The translations under genes were made by a program, and so were the position numbers. The notes below the pieces were generated by a model that saw nothing but the letters and a program-made list of their open reading frames with translations, made no database searches and was not told the DNA's origin. This document shows positions 1 through 11,700 of a DNA stretch of 64,000 bases, one piece after another. The stretch comes from Tubiluchus corallicola. Its lineage: Eukaryota; Animalia; Priapulida. Positions within the stretch are counted from its first letter, which is position 1. Each line of letters begins with the position of its first letter. Location of the stretch: positions 80,393 to 144,392 of the forward strand of contig JAQGDQ010000552.1 in assembly GCA_030141605.1 (NCBI GenBank). The letters run 5' to 3'.

Positions 1-269
1 TAGAAATATATCTGGCACTTGTATCATATGAAAAGTTAAACAGCTTCCGTGTTGATACATTATATGCAACCTTGAGTTTGCTAAGATTCTAAGAATAAAA
101 ATGTCTCCAAGTGGACATACAATAAAACTCTCACAACGGCCTGTTTTTCCTCAGTATAACTCTGTTACTTTTGTATTTTACACCTGCATTTGAACAACAT
201 CACTACATAACACCGTATTTAAAAGCTAAAACGTATGCAAATAACTGTGACTCATTGTTGCTTATGTAG

Positions 270-635
270 CATCAGTCGCCTGACGATCAGTTCAGCACCA
301 CGGACGAGGATCTTGCCGGATTTTGGGACATGGTGCTACTTCAAGTAGACGACGTGGATAAGCTGTTCACGGAACTGGAAAGTATCAAACGCAGCGGTTG
401 GCACACGGCGAGTCCCGTGCACAAACCTGCGTCTGTCACTCCTACGAATACCCGTAGCAAGCCGAAATCACTCACGCCTGCCGCCAAGCGAGCCACGAAG
501 TCAGCCAAGGAAGCGGCGGCCGCGAAAGCTCGTGTAGAGGCCAGGAAGAGGTTGGCGGAAGCAAAGAGGGCGGCTCGACAGCGTACGCCATCTGGAAGCA
601 GCGACACAATCGAGATTTTTGTTCCAGAGAAATAA
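270..635 (+). CDS. DLGAP: Terminal coding exon of a DLGAP/GKAP (SAPAP, vulcan-like) protein
   Basis: Acceptor ttatgtag|c at 269/270. Translation HQSPDDQFSTTDEDLAGFWDMVLLQVDDVDKLFTELESIKRSGW...EARKRLAEAKRAARQR...SDTIEIFVPEK* matches GKAP C-terminal motifs DLAGFWDM, EARKRL.AAKRAA and IEIYIPE. Confidence 0.88.
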   Translation, partial: HQSPDDQFSTTDEDLAGFWDMVLLQVDDVDKLFTELESIKRSGWHTASPVHKPASVTPTNTRSKPKSLTPAAKRATKSAKEAAAAKARVEARKRLAEAKRAARQRTPSGSSDTIEIFVPEK

Positions 636-924
636 TGTTGATATATACTCACATTGAATTGCAAGAAGATAGTTTGTTAAGAATCATGTTGTAAAGGACT
701 TTGGTGCAAAATGTTTGTGCTTAAGTCATGTAAGATGCTGTAGCCACATCTAAGCCGTAGCCACTATATCTGTGAATGCCATGTATTGATTTTAATGTAG
801 CTTGTGTTGTGATACCACAGGTAAAAAAGCATTCATTAGACTGGTGCAGATATTATAACTTGCACCATCAAGATCTTTTGTAGACAATCTGATTGCTTGA
901 CATTCAGGGAACTTGTGTGGCATT

Positions 925-1710
925 CATGCATTCGGCGCAAATCGTAAAAAGACTGCTTGTACTGCAAGTACAATTTTATTGCTGTGTGGCAGTGTTTCAT
1001 ATGCTTTCGACACTCACACGTTCAGCACAAATCGTAAAAAGACTGCTTATACTGCAACTACAATTCTATTGCTGTGTGGCAGTGTTTCATAAGCTTTCTA
1101 CACTTACACATTCAGCGCGAATCGTAAAAAGACTGCTTGTACTGCAACTACAATTTTATTGCTGTGTGGCAGTGTTTCATAAGCTTTCTACACTTACACA
1201 TTCAGCGCAAATCGTAAAAAGACTGCTTGTACTGCAACTACAATTTTATTGCTGTGTGGCAGCGTTTCATAAGCTTTCGACACTCACACATTCGGCGTGA
1301 ATCGTAAAAAGACTGCTTGTACTGCAACTACAATTTTATTGCTGTGTGGCAGTGTTTCATAAGCTTTCGACACTCACACATTCAGCGCAAATCGTAAATA
1401 GACTGCTTGTACTGCAACTACAATTTTATTGCTGTGTGGCAGTGTTTCATAAGCTTTCGACACTCACACGTTCAGCGCAAATCGTAAAAAGACTGCTTGT
1501 ACTGCAAGTACAATTTTATTGCTGTGTGGCAGTGTTTCATGAGCTTTCGACATTCACACATTTGCCGCAGTTCGTAAAAAGACTGCTTGTACTGCAACTA
1601 CAACTTCATTACTCTGTGGCAGTGTTTCATTAACTCTCGACATTCACACATTCGCCGCAGTTCGCAAAAACAATACTTGTACTGCAACTACAACTTCATT
1701 GCTGTGTGCC
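925..1710. repeat. 90-bp minisatellite, ~8-9 copies
   Basis: Unit ttcagcgcaaatcgtaaaaagactgcttgtactgcaactacaattttattgctgtgtggcagtgtttcataagctttcgacactcacaca in tandem. Confidence 0.95.
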
Positions 1711-2299
1711 AATTTCATGATCATTCTCAGCTGTTACGTCGCATTTAACTGCGTATATGTTATAACTTGTCGTGTGATTCGATAATGAATGTTATATAAA
1801 TTGCACAGTTATAGATTAATATGATCTACGACGTGAATGCTTAATGCGACATTAACTTTGTGGTTGTTAATTGCCACTGTCATGGGTTTTTATCTTCGAT
1901 ATTTAACAGTCTTGTGAGTAATATCAGTTTTCCCATGTTTGATTGTGCCATAGTGAAATGGAAGAAGCTATGAAGTATATGTGGCTGCTAAAGTTGGCAT
2001 TTTTTCCATCTAAAACTCAAGTAGTTGTTGTCGTTATTGTTGTTAGTGATAGTTAATTTGTATTCATAAAGAAGAGGTGGCTTTCTTATTTTTACCCTTT
2101 TTTATCTTGGGGGAAAAGTATTTCTTAATATTAATTGTAGTAAAATAATGCTGAAAAGAAATTTTAATTAATGAATAAGATTTATGTCCGAAGCTTCCAG
2201 TTTTGTACTAAGTTTTGCATTTGTTCTAATAATTATAATAGTCCGGTTATTATAATGTATATTTTTAATTTATAATATTTTCATTGATTGTTTTTTTTG

Positions 2300-4400
2300 T
2301 AATTAACGTGAAATGAAATAGCAAATGTTGAGTGAAGTGATTTTCGTGCTAGGATAACTTTATAAGCAGTCCTCAGTTGCTGTCTATGTCTAAAAGTTGC
2401 AGCAGTTTTCTTAAGGTTGTAGCAAGGTTAACAAGGTTAGATAAATGGTGACAGACTTATCACATTCTTTTTAGCAGTTGAGTAATTGTGTGTTCCAAAA
2501 TTTTCCAAAACTTTGTGCATTTTGCTCTTCAACTTCTAAAATTTTCTACACAAAATTATTTCATCTCTTGAATAGAGTTAGTTTTGCTGTTAACGGTCAT
2601 TGCTTCTTTCATCTTCTGATATAATCATCACTATTCTTTTGCCCTAAACGGTCTAATTAGTTCATTTTAAGATAACAGTATCTCAAACTGTTGTTGAATC
2701 TTAAATAACAAATATGAGAGGACACAGAGTTGAGCCTTGAGGCAACCAGTAGTGGTCATTATTGCTATCACAAACAAAACAGGGAAGTGTGCAAACTAAA
2801 TTGAGTGCTATTTAACAAAATATTTAAATGAATCATACTAAAGTAATTGATTTTTTGTGATATATATGTATTAATTTTGTTTTTTCTCTTTTTATTGTTT
2901 AATTTGATTTAGCAGCATTAAACGTTTTTAACCTATTTTATAAGAACAGTTCATTAAAGTACTAGAATTAAACAATTTAGTAGTGGATTTATTCAAGAGA
3001 TTCGTGTAACATCCGTTCTGTTATTTTGTTTTTTTCTTACAATTTGATTCTTGGTGTTACAACGTACAGGATCTAAAATTTGTTCATGTTCTTAGTTTTT
3101 TTTGCTTGGCTAATATTTTAATGGGTGCTATTTATATCGTTGTAATAACAGCCAGGTGGTACAGGTTATATTGGTAAGAAAAATTTGCTTACAAGCTGTA
3201 TATTTTTTATGTTGTAAGCAGCAGCGTGCATTAAAGAAATTCTGTTTTTAATGTTGCAAATTTATTCCCACAACTTCTCAGCTTCTCGCTGAACATTTTA
3301 TTGTTAATCCCAAGTGATTTTTAACGTTTCATTAATGTAAGTGAATGGAAGACAGATCTTAGCTGAATCAGATTGTAATTTGTCACATTCAAAAATGTAT
3401 GAAATTGTATCATCACACCTAAAACCTATTTAGCGTTCACTTGTTAACATACCTAGCGAAATTATTAATAAATCTGTCATAATTGGTCACTGTGAGATCA
3501 TTAATGTTATGCAAAATTCTTATGAATGTATGTGTTGATTTTTCAAACTGGTCGCAACTTATAACAGAAATTGTAATTATCAGTGAGTTTAACTTGCCGT
3601 CTTACATGTGGCAACATTTCGGTTTTAATAGTTTCAGCGTTGTAGTGATTTGAATTTTGATAGAGAATGTCACGAGAATTGCATCCAGTGAATAACCAAT
3701 TTACCAACCGGTTGACCAGCTTGTAAACCAATCGACCAGGAACATGAAACTGACGAATCAAACTAAACTACAATGTACTCATACTGTAACTGCATTGTTA
3801 AGCCATTCTTAAGTTGGCATAAATGTGAATAAAGGTTTGGTTCCGGTTTAGGAACTACACTTTATTTTATCTCTTTATTTTTTTTTTAATATTTTACATT
3901 AAATGTGTTTGTATTTGTTTTGATTATAATTTAAATGAGAAATATGAGTAGGCCCAAAGTTGAACCTTGGGGGAATCTGTAAGAATCGATGTTATGCCCA
4001 ACTTGCATCATACAATTTGTGGATTGACATAAGATAGGATTCTGTTTCATGTAGTTATAAAATAATTTAATTGGCATGAAGTGTCGTGGGCGCTATGATG
4101 ACCGTGAGACGCAAAAGACGTGAATATCAAAAAAATTTGCGAAAAACCGGTTTATGATTATAAAGATCATTTCCATAGTTTGACCATTGAGTTTTAACTT
4201 CTAGACATGTATACATGCTTAGCGTTCTTTGCCTAATAAATTATTGCCAAATTGATTGGCTGACTTGATAACTATTGGACACCTTAAGGCATCTTCACAT
4301 CAACAATACATTGCGTATTGACTGGCACAATCCGATCCATGCAATAGCTTCGGGGTTTTTAACTCTCTTCGAGTTCAGTTAATTAGTAATCGAGCTTCTT
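2300..4400 (-). mobile_element. Highly decayed LINE reverse-transcriptase fragments
   Basis: Minus strand has PQGS.L.PLIF-like remnants near 2715-2745 and 3940-3975, and an LD.KAFD-like remnant near 4170-4205. No intact ORF. Confidence 0.45.
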
Positions 4401-4831
4401 CATTAGCGCAAGTGTTTAGCAGTGAGTAACAGCGTTTGGTCATCGCCTTATGGTAAGTCATCAGCATTATGTTACTAAAATGTTTTTAGTAGTTTTAATC
4501 TCTATATAAAGTTGATTTTTTATTTGGTTTTACTTGTTTACAACAAATTCTTGTTTTGAAAAGTTTTGTATCATTTCTTGTTTACAAAAGTTTTGCAACT
4601 TTTGCAATTTGACTGTTAACTGTTAGATTGTTACTGAATGATTAACTATGTCTTAGTTTGATTATCCTATGATTTAGTTTGGTTCTGCATTTGTTCTTGT
4701 TTATTAATTTGCGTGCTTGTACGCTGTAGTGTTTTCTTCAGTTTACTCTTTAAGGCTCACTCAAAGTCGTAATTACATATTACGTTTTCTTTTCTCAACT
4801 TTCAGGTTTATTGCTCTTATGCCATTGCTAT

Positions 4832-5378
4832 TATTACATCATTTACTTCATCCTTATTTACATTAAGTTATCTACAGAAGCATGCATAACTATAATCATT
4901 TTTTCATTTAAGTGAGGTGAGTGTGTTAATGACCGTATGGTCGTACACTCACCTCGCACTACTCAAATTACTACATCATTTACTTCATCCTTATTTACAT
5001 TAAGTTATCTACTGAAGCATGCATAACTATAATCATTTTTTCATTTAAGTAAGGTGAGTGTGTTAATGATCGTATGGTCGTACACTCACCTCGCACTACT
5101 TAAATTACTACATCATTTACTTCATCCTTATTTACATTAAGTTATCTACAGAAGCATGCATAACTATAATCATTTTTTCATTTAAGTCAGGTGAGTGTGT
5201 TAATGACCGTATGGTGTACACTCACCTCGCACTACTCAAATTACTACATCATTTACTTCATCCTTATTTACATTAAGTTATCTACAGCAACATGCATAAC
5301 TATAATCATTTTTTCATTTAAGTGAGGTGAGTGTGTTAATGACCGTATGGTCGTACACTCACCTCGCACTACTCAAAT
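4832..5378. repeat. 137-bp tandem repeat (4 copies), each with a long stem-loop; likely a multiplied LINE 3' end
   Basis: Hairpin agtgaggtgagtgt...gacc gtat ggtc...acactcacctcgcact at 4911, 5048, 5185 and 5321, followed by aaataaaa-ttcatag-ttcatag tail at ~5430-5455. Confidence 0.9.
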
Positions 5379-5475
5379 CATTTTATCTAAAGTTTATTAA
5401 TGTGTTTGATATTGTATTTTTTGATGTGTGAAATAAAATTCATAGTTCATAGTTTAGATTAGATGAACGGATGAT

Positions 5476-5720
5476 ATGCTTATCGTTGCCTTCATATCCG
5501 TACTTCTATGTGTGGCGGCAAAGACATCATCAGCAATAGACGCAAATGAATCGACAGTGGAGGATACCAGGAGGATTTCCGATCCCGCCTTTGTCTACCA
5601 CACCACTCACGGTCACCAATTTAACGACATGGCAGCATTTGAGAAGTGGACAGAGGACGGCATGCCCGTGTTCAAGATCGGTTTGCTGGCTCCTTGGATT
5701 GAGAATCTAGGATCATTTAG
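5476..5720 (+). CDS. Receptor GC exon 1 (signal peptide, start of ectodomain)
   Basis: [20 protein letters not shown]...FKIGLLAPW; donor ag|gttggt. Confidence 0.8.
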
Positions 5721-8700
5721 GTTGGTTAACAATTTGGAGGAAGAAATTTTGGAAGGAGTTTACAATTCCGCACACATTTATAATACCCGAGCCCTGTCCC
5801 TAACTTTGACACGACCCTGATCCTAATTTTAAGCCTAACCTAACTCTAACCCTAATCTGATTCACAAACTAATTTCTTGTGTGTGGGGAATTGTAAATTT
5901 TAACCGAAATTTTTGCTTTGTGGCTGGACGTTTTGATATCGAAATTTCACATATTTTGCATTGGTGGTGGCAGATTGTTTTACAGTGATTATTAACACAA
6001 ATTACGCCATGCAGAATATTACTAGGGCTGCACAACGTATTGGTGTGCATCAGATAAGTTTTAAATGCGACGTATCTAACATTGATGTAAATTGTACATT
6101 TTGTAATGTATTTAGAATTAAGGTATTGGTATGGTGTGAGAATATTTATCAAAATAAGTGTAGTTTTATTTGTGGTTTCTTCTTGCATTATGTATTACAG
6201 TCAACCTCGGATATAAGCGACACTTCGGGACAGGAAAAATCGTCCCTTATATCCAATGTCCCTTGTAGCCGAAGTTGAGTCAGACCGAGGGTGTATCTAG
6301 CCCTGTACTTTTACCCATATTTTTATGGATTATTGCTACACATTCAGTGCAAATGGTATGTAGGAAGCTCCTTCAGTGATGCGAGATGTATGTGACTGTG
6401 GAAACCGAGTCATTCGAAAGCCGGGTTTATGAAAAATTGAGGTTAAACATTTATCAGTTTCGTTTTGATCATAGGGTCCCTTACATGAGAGGTAATTTAC
6501 CTGGGTTTCTGTTACGCGGGACCTGAAGATGTCGTCCCTTATAACCGAAAGTTTCTTATATCCGAGTTCCTTATATATGAAGATTTTTGCATAGGAAAAA
6601 CGTTACAAAAAATCGGGACCGGTGTTGGTGATGCCTTATATGCGAGTACCTTATACGCGGAGGTTGACTGTATTTTATATTTTCAGTAAAATGGTGAAAA
6701 TATGCAATAATACATAATGCACGCAGCTATACGTAATGACAACATGTTTTCACAATGCGGGAAGCTTTAATTTGAATGTTTTTCTTTCGTTTCAGTGCCA
6801 TTACGAGTGCAAGTGCTGTCTCCATAGCCATGGAGAAGATATCTGATGATCCAGATTTTCCATTTGTTCTGGAGTAAGTCCATGTTTGCCTAAACGTGGA
6901 TTAAAATAACCGTGTCAGATATGAGCTTATTGTGTGTTGTTTGTCTTTGCTGGTTTGTTTTTTCCGACAAGACCCTCATGCCGTATATGCGCCACTCCAT
7001 TATCCGAAACTGTCATATTTTTGATGGACTACCGTTCTCCTCATTAATCCGTTATTATCCGGGTTTATCATATGTGTGCTTGCATAGCAAAATCGTCCAA
7101 AAGTCGGCAATTAAGCTTTTCTAGTTATTCACATATCCTGAATCTCCATTTCATGAAGATAGTTTTGATACCAAGTTCATCACTCAATGTTATGTCTAAG
7201 CTGAGATAATCCATGTTGAAGTTGAGGTGCAGGCTGCACACTGAAAAACATAATCTTGAGAAAATCACTGTTAAAGTCAGCCATTGTTTTTTGTCGCGTC
7301 TCTATAATACACTTGGCAACTGCACAAATGTTGGTTGCTGCGGACTTTGCAAGAACACATTGAAGTTATGTTTAAATCCAGTAGATGGCTCTTCCCGACG
7401 AAGATCTGTGCTCGGCAACAGAAAAAGCCTGAAGCAAAGTGACTGCTTCCATGACCTACTATCGGAGTTTAAAAATACAAGTTTTTTGAAATTGCATTAA
7501 AATTGCATTACTAGTTTGTAGGCAGAGAATTGGGTATGGGGTTATATTTAGTATTTTTTGGACATTTTCTTGATAATTTAAAGCTAGAGTATAAAAGTCC
7601 AATATGTTTAGTGTTTGTTTTTATAAAAAACAAAAATTAACTTTAGACGAAAATTTTGGTGCAGTTTACTTTGAAGCATCATAACGTAGTTTTAACTTTG
7701 CCGACGTACGGACGGTTTTGGTTTGCAAGCACACATATAATCATAATGTTTACATAAATGTGCTTATTAATGTGCTTTCTATCTTTTTAAACACACCTGG
7801 CACTAATTTCACTTACGATGTTTTTTCTTTTGTTCTAGTCTTGCTGTACGTGACAGCGCTTGCGACAGCAAGATGGCCAGCGGAAACGCTGCCGAACTTA
7901 GAGTACTTGAACACATTGATGTCTTCATTGGTCCTCCTTGTTCGAGAGGTAAGTCACTTTCCCCTAACAAGCCGCTTGTTATGCATATACAGTCAACCTC
8001 GGGTATAAGGTACTCACTTATAAGGGACACTCGCTTATACGGGACCACCAACACCGGTCCCGATTTTTTGTCACGTTTTTCCTGTGTAAAAATCTTTGTA
8101 TGTACGGTACTCGGATATAAGGGACTTTCGGTTATAAGGGACGATATCTTCAGGTCCCACGTAATAGAAACTCAGGTAAATTACCTCACATGTAAGGGAC
8201 CCTATGATCAAGGTGATATTGATCGATTTTTAACCTCAATTTTTTGCCTCAAACTCGACGTTCGAACAGCTCAATTTCTATGGTCACATACTTCTCGCAT
8301 CACTGAAGGAGCTTCTTACATACTGTTTGCACTGAATGTGTAGCAATAATCCGTAAAAATATGGGTAAAAGTACAGAAAAGTACAGGTCTAGATACAGCC
8401 TCAGTCTGACTCAACTTCGGCTATAAGGGACAGTTTTTTCCGGTCCCGAGGCGTCCCTTATATCCCAGGTTGACTGTATATTTGCTTGCATTTAAAATGG
8501 CTAAATAACATCAATTATCATGTGCCGTTCATAATAATTGTCGTCTAATTTACTCTGATGTTTGTCTTGTTCATTTTTCTTAGCTGCCATGTTTGTTGGT
8601 GAACTTGCTGCAATCTGGAATGTTCCCATCATTTCCTGGGTAGCGACTGATCCCGTTTTTGCTGACAAGAACGTCTTCTCCACCATGGCTCGCACTTTGG

Positions 8701-11700
8701 GCTCATTTGATCGTTTGGGAGACTTTCTTTACGTCATTTTCAGGTAGCTTCCATGAGTTACTATTGAAATTTGAAAATACATGTTTTTTTTTCAATTGCA
8801 GTACTAGTTTCCAGACAGAAAAATGGATACGGGGTTATAAAATGGCTATGGGTTTTGTTTATGGTTTTGAATACATTATATAATGAAATACCCGATGTAC
8901 ACTTGAAACAACGTTTTACGCTGACAAGCTGCTCTAATTAGTTTCAGCACCCCCCGATACCTGTGGGTCCTAGGCCTACTATACCTACTGGTAGATCCAA
9001 CCCCGAAAATGACTTTGGCTACTTCCAGTCAGAATCAGATTCGGTCAGTTCTGACCGTCCCGTTACAATGTGCTTTTGTTCTAGGAATTACGATTGGAAC
9101 CGCATTGCTATCGTATCGTCAGAAGCCAGCCTGTGGACGTCCGTGACTCGTGCGGTGTCAAAGTCGTGCGCCGAGAACAACATAACCATAGTCAGTCATC
9201 GATCGTACAACAGAGCTAACCGGTACAACATACGTTCCATTTTGGAAGAGGTCACTAGGATGGCTCGAAGTAAGAATTGAAGCCAAACATTCGTAAAGTG
9301 CAAGAAAACGCTCTTCATTCATCAAAAGCTTAAAAAATTGACATTTTGTATTACTTTCTTGCTGTCTTATTGCATACAGGGCTTGCGTTTGCAGCAACGC
9401 TGTATAAAACTTGTAAGTTTAAATTCCTGTGATGATTCTTAGATGCAGCCATTTTTACGGTAAATCGTTTGAAATAAGTTAATTTTGGCAACATTGCCTG
9501 AAGTTTGGAAAAATAATCAGAGATTTCTTAGCACACTCTTCGTTAACTAAGGAAAAATACAAATTGTTTTATATTGTCAGTTAAGCCAATAACGTGTTTT
9601 TTGGTGAAACAGCGGTGCACGCTGGGATGGCGATGCAGACTGCAGTGCCGTTTTACCAGGTGATGCAAATATTTTAAATCATTAAGATTTTTCTTTTTTC
9701 TTTCAAGCAAGAAAAAGTTCTTTCTTTCATAAATGAATTAACAAAAGTGACTTGGATGCTTCAAACACAACTAGGTTATTTGAAGTTTTCATGAAAGATT
9801 GTAAGAAACTGTTTAAAGCAAAACCAGGACCCAATCTTAAACTGTAGGTCAAAACAATCTACTCTTTAAAATATTGAAAGGAAACATACGATTTTTTCAA
9901 AAATCACTTATGTGAAAGAATGATTATCACACAAACACAATTTCACATTCGCGCCACTAGTTTTTCACTGTTACATGCATTTCGCCATTCGCCAGCTAGA
10001 CGGGCACTAGCACCCACATTTCGGAAACGCATTGCATAAAAACAGGTGATGTACCGCTCAGTTCAGATGTGAAATACCAAGTAATATAGCTTTGTGAAGT
10101 TTTTTGGGGACATAGTTTAAAATTGGCCTTTCATTCCTTTTGAGAATTCTTAATTCTTGTAGAATGTGTTTTTAATGCTGGTAGCATGCTGTTTTAATGC
10201 TTTGCATGGATTTTCAAGGTTTTTATTGGGAAAAACCATTCAGGTGACTCAAAGTCAAAACTAGACATCCTTTGTAAATGGTTTTCTTGGTAAAATGGCT
10301 TCCTTCGTAAATGGCTTCATCAGTAAAAATGGTTTCTAATTTGTTTTTTAGTCATAAGTCATAAGTCATTTATTTCACCTTACACATTTACAATGGTTAC
10401 ATATACAATATCTAGTGAAAGGGCCTACAATGAACATAGTACAAATAAGAAATACTGCACAGGAAAAGCCTCAAACACTGTTCACTTATATACGAATGTA
10501 AATGTGTTGCGGGCAATCAAAAAGCAGGGCTTGTTCGATTGTCCCACACAGTGATAGAAAAAAAGTAATGAAAATAATCTGAAAATTTAAAGTGAATCGT
10601 GATAAAAAACATTAGTGTTTAAAATGGAATGATGTAATGAATGAAGCTCATATATGGGATGATATGAAAGATAGAAAGACTATTATTTGTTAATAGTATG
10701 TAAAATTAAGATAACTTTTTTGTCTTGCAGTTGTAATTCTCAGCGTTCCGAGTTCCGAGAAGAGATTCATCATGTTGACGGCTCACGACATGGGAATGAC
10801 CGACGGCGATTATGTCTTCTTCACCGTAGAAATGCTGCCGGAGGACAAAGCGCACGGTGCTTCATGGTCAGGCCACGACGGACGAAACAACGAAGCCAGA
10901 AAGGCATTTGAAGCCGTATTGCATGTAAGACTGGGCAGTTTCTTCCCAGATTAACTCAGTTTTTAACTGGTGTGTCAAGTTTATTTGACGTGTTAAATCA
11001 TTTTTCGGCAAATGCATGAAACAGTATAAAGTAATGGAGCTGATGCTGTAGGACAGAAGAAATGCACTCATATATCGGTTCGCTGGACAAAAGTAGGGAG
11101 ACGTTGCTCCGAATTTGCCGATTGTCCGAACTCACTATAATCACTTAGGCAACGGAGGTTTCCTATCTGCGTATTGCAGCGTGATGCGTATTCGGACGAT
11201 AGTGATCATGTTTGAATGAATATGGATCACGGATCACGCATTATACATTGTGTACAGATGGAAACACTTCTACACGTTTAAATACAAACTGTTGTTTATG
11301 CATTAAGTATCACGCATCTTGCATTGCATACACATGCAGTCGTACTTTTATGCAACCAGGTTTCTTTGTAACCCTACATTTATTAACAAAAGATAATTTC
11401 CGTCAAAGATTGAAATATGATTATAATGAAATCTGGTCCTTGGTTAATCTATCTGCATCTCTTCTGTTTCAATTTGTCTATCATAAATTAATAAGCATCT
11501 TAATTTCTTACATCCAATGCTTGTTGCTCGTGAGTAAGCCATTTCACAGTTCCATCGATTGATGATGATCGTGAAAAGGTCAAACGTTAAGTGTACCAGG
11601 CAAAGCATTTGTGTACAATTGACAATGCCTCGCAGCCCATGCTATTGTAATATTAACAGTTTTAACAGCCAGAACCTTATCTAGTTCATTTCTTCTTGTT

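Noticed and set aside
341-664. 107-aa minus-strand ORF
   Set aside because: Antisense shadow of the DLGAP exon.
893-1633. ORFs with a 30-aa repeat
   Set aside because: Artefact of a 90-bp minisatellite; interrupted by stops, no splice context.
5785-5860. ccctaa-like telomeric motifs
   Set aside because: Too short and degenerate; common inside repeats.
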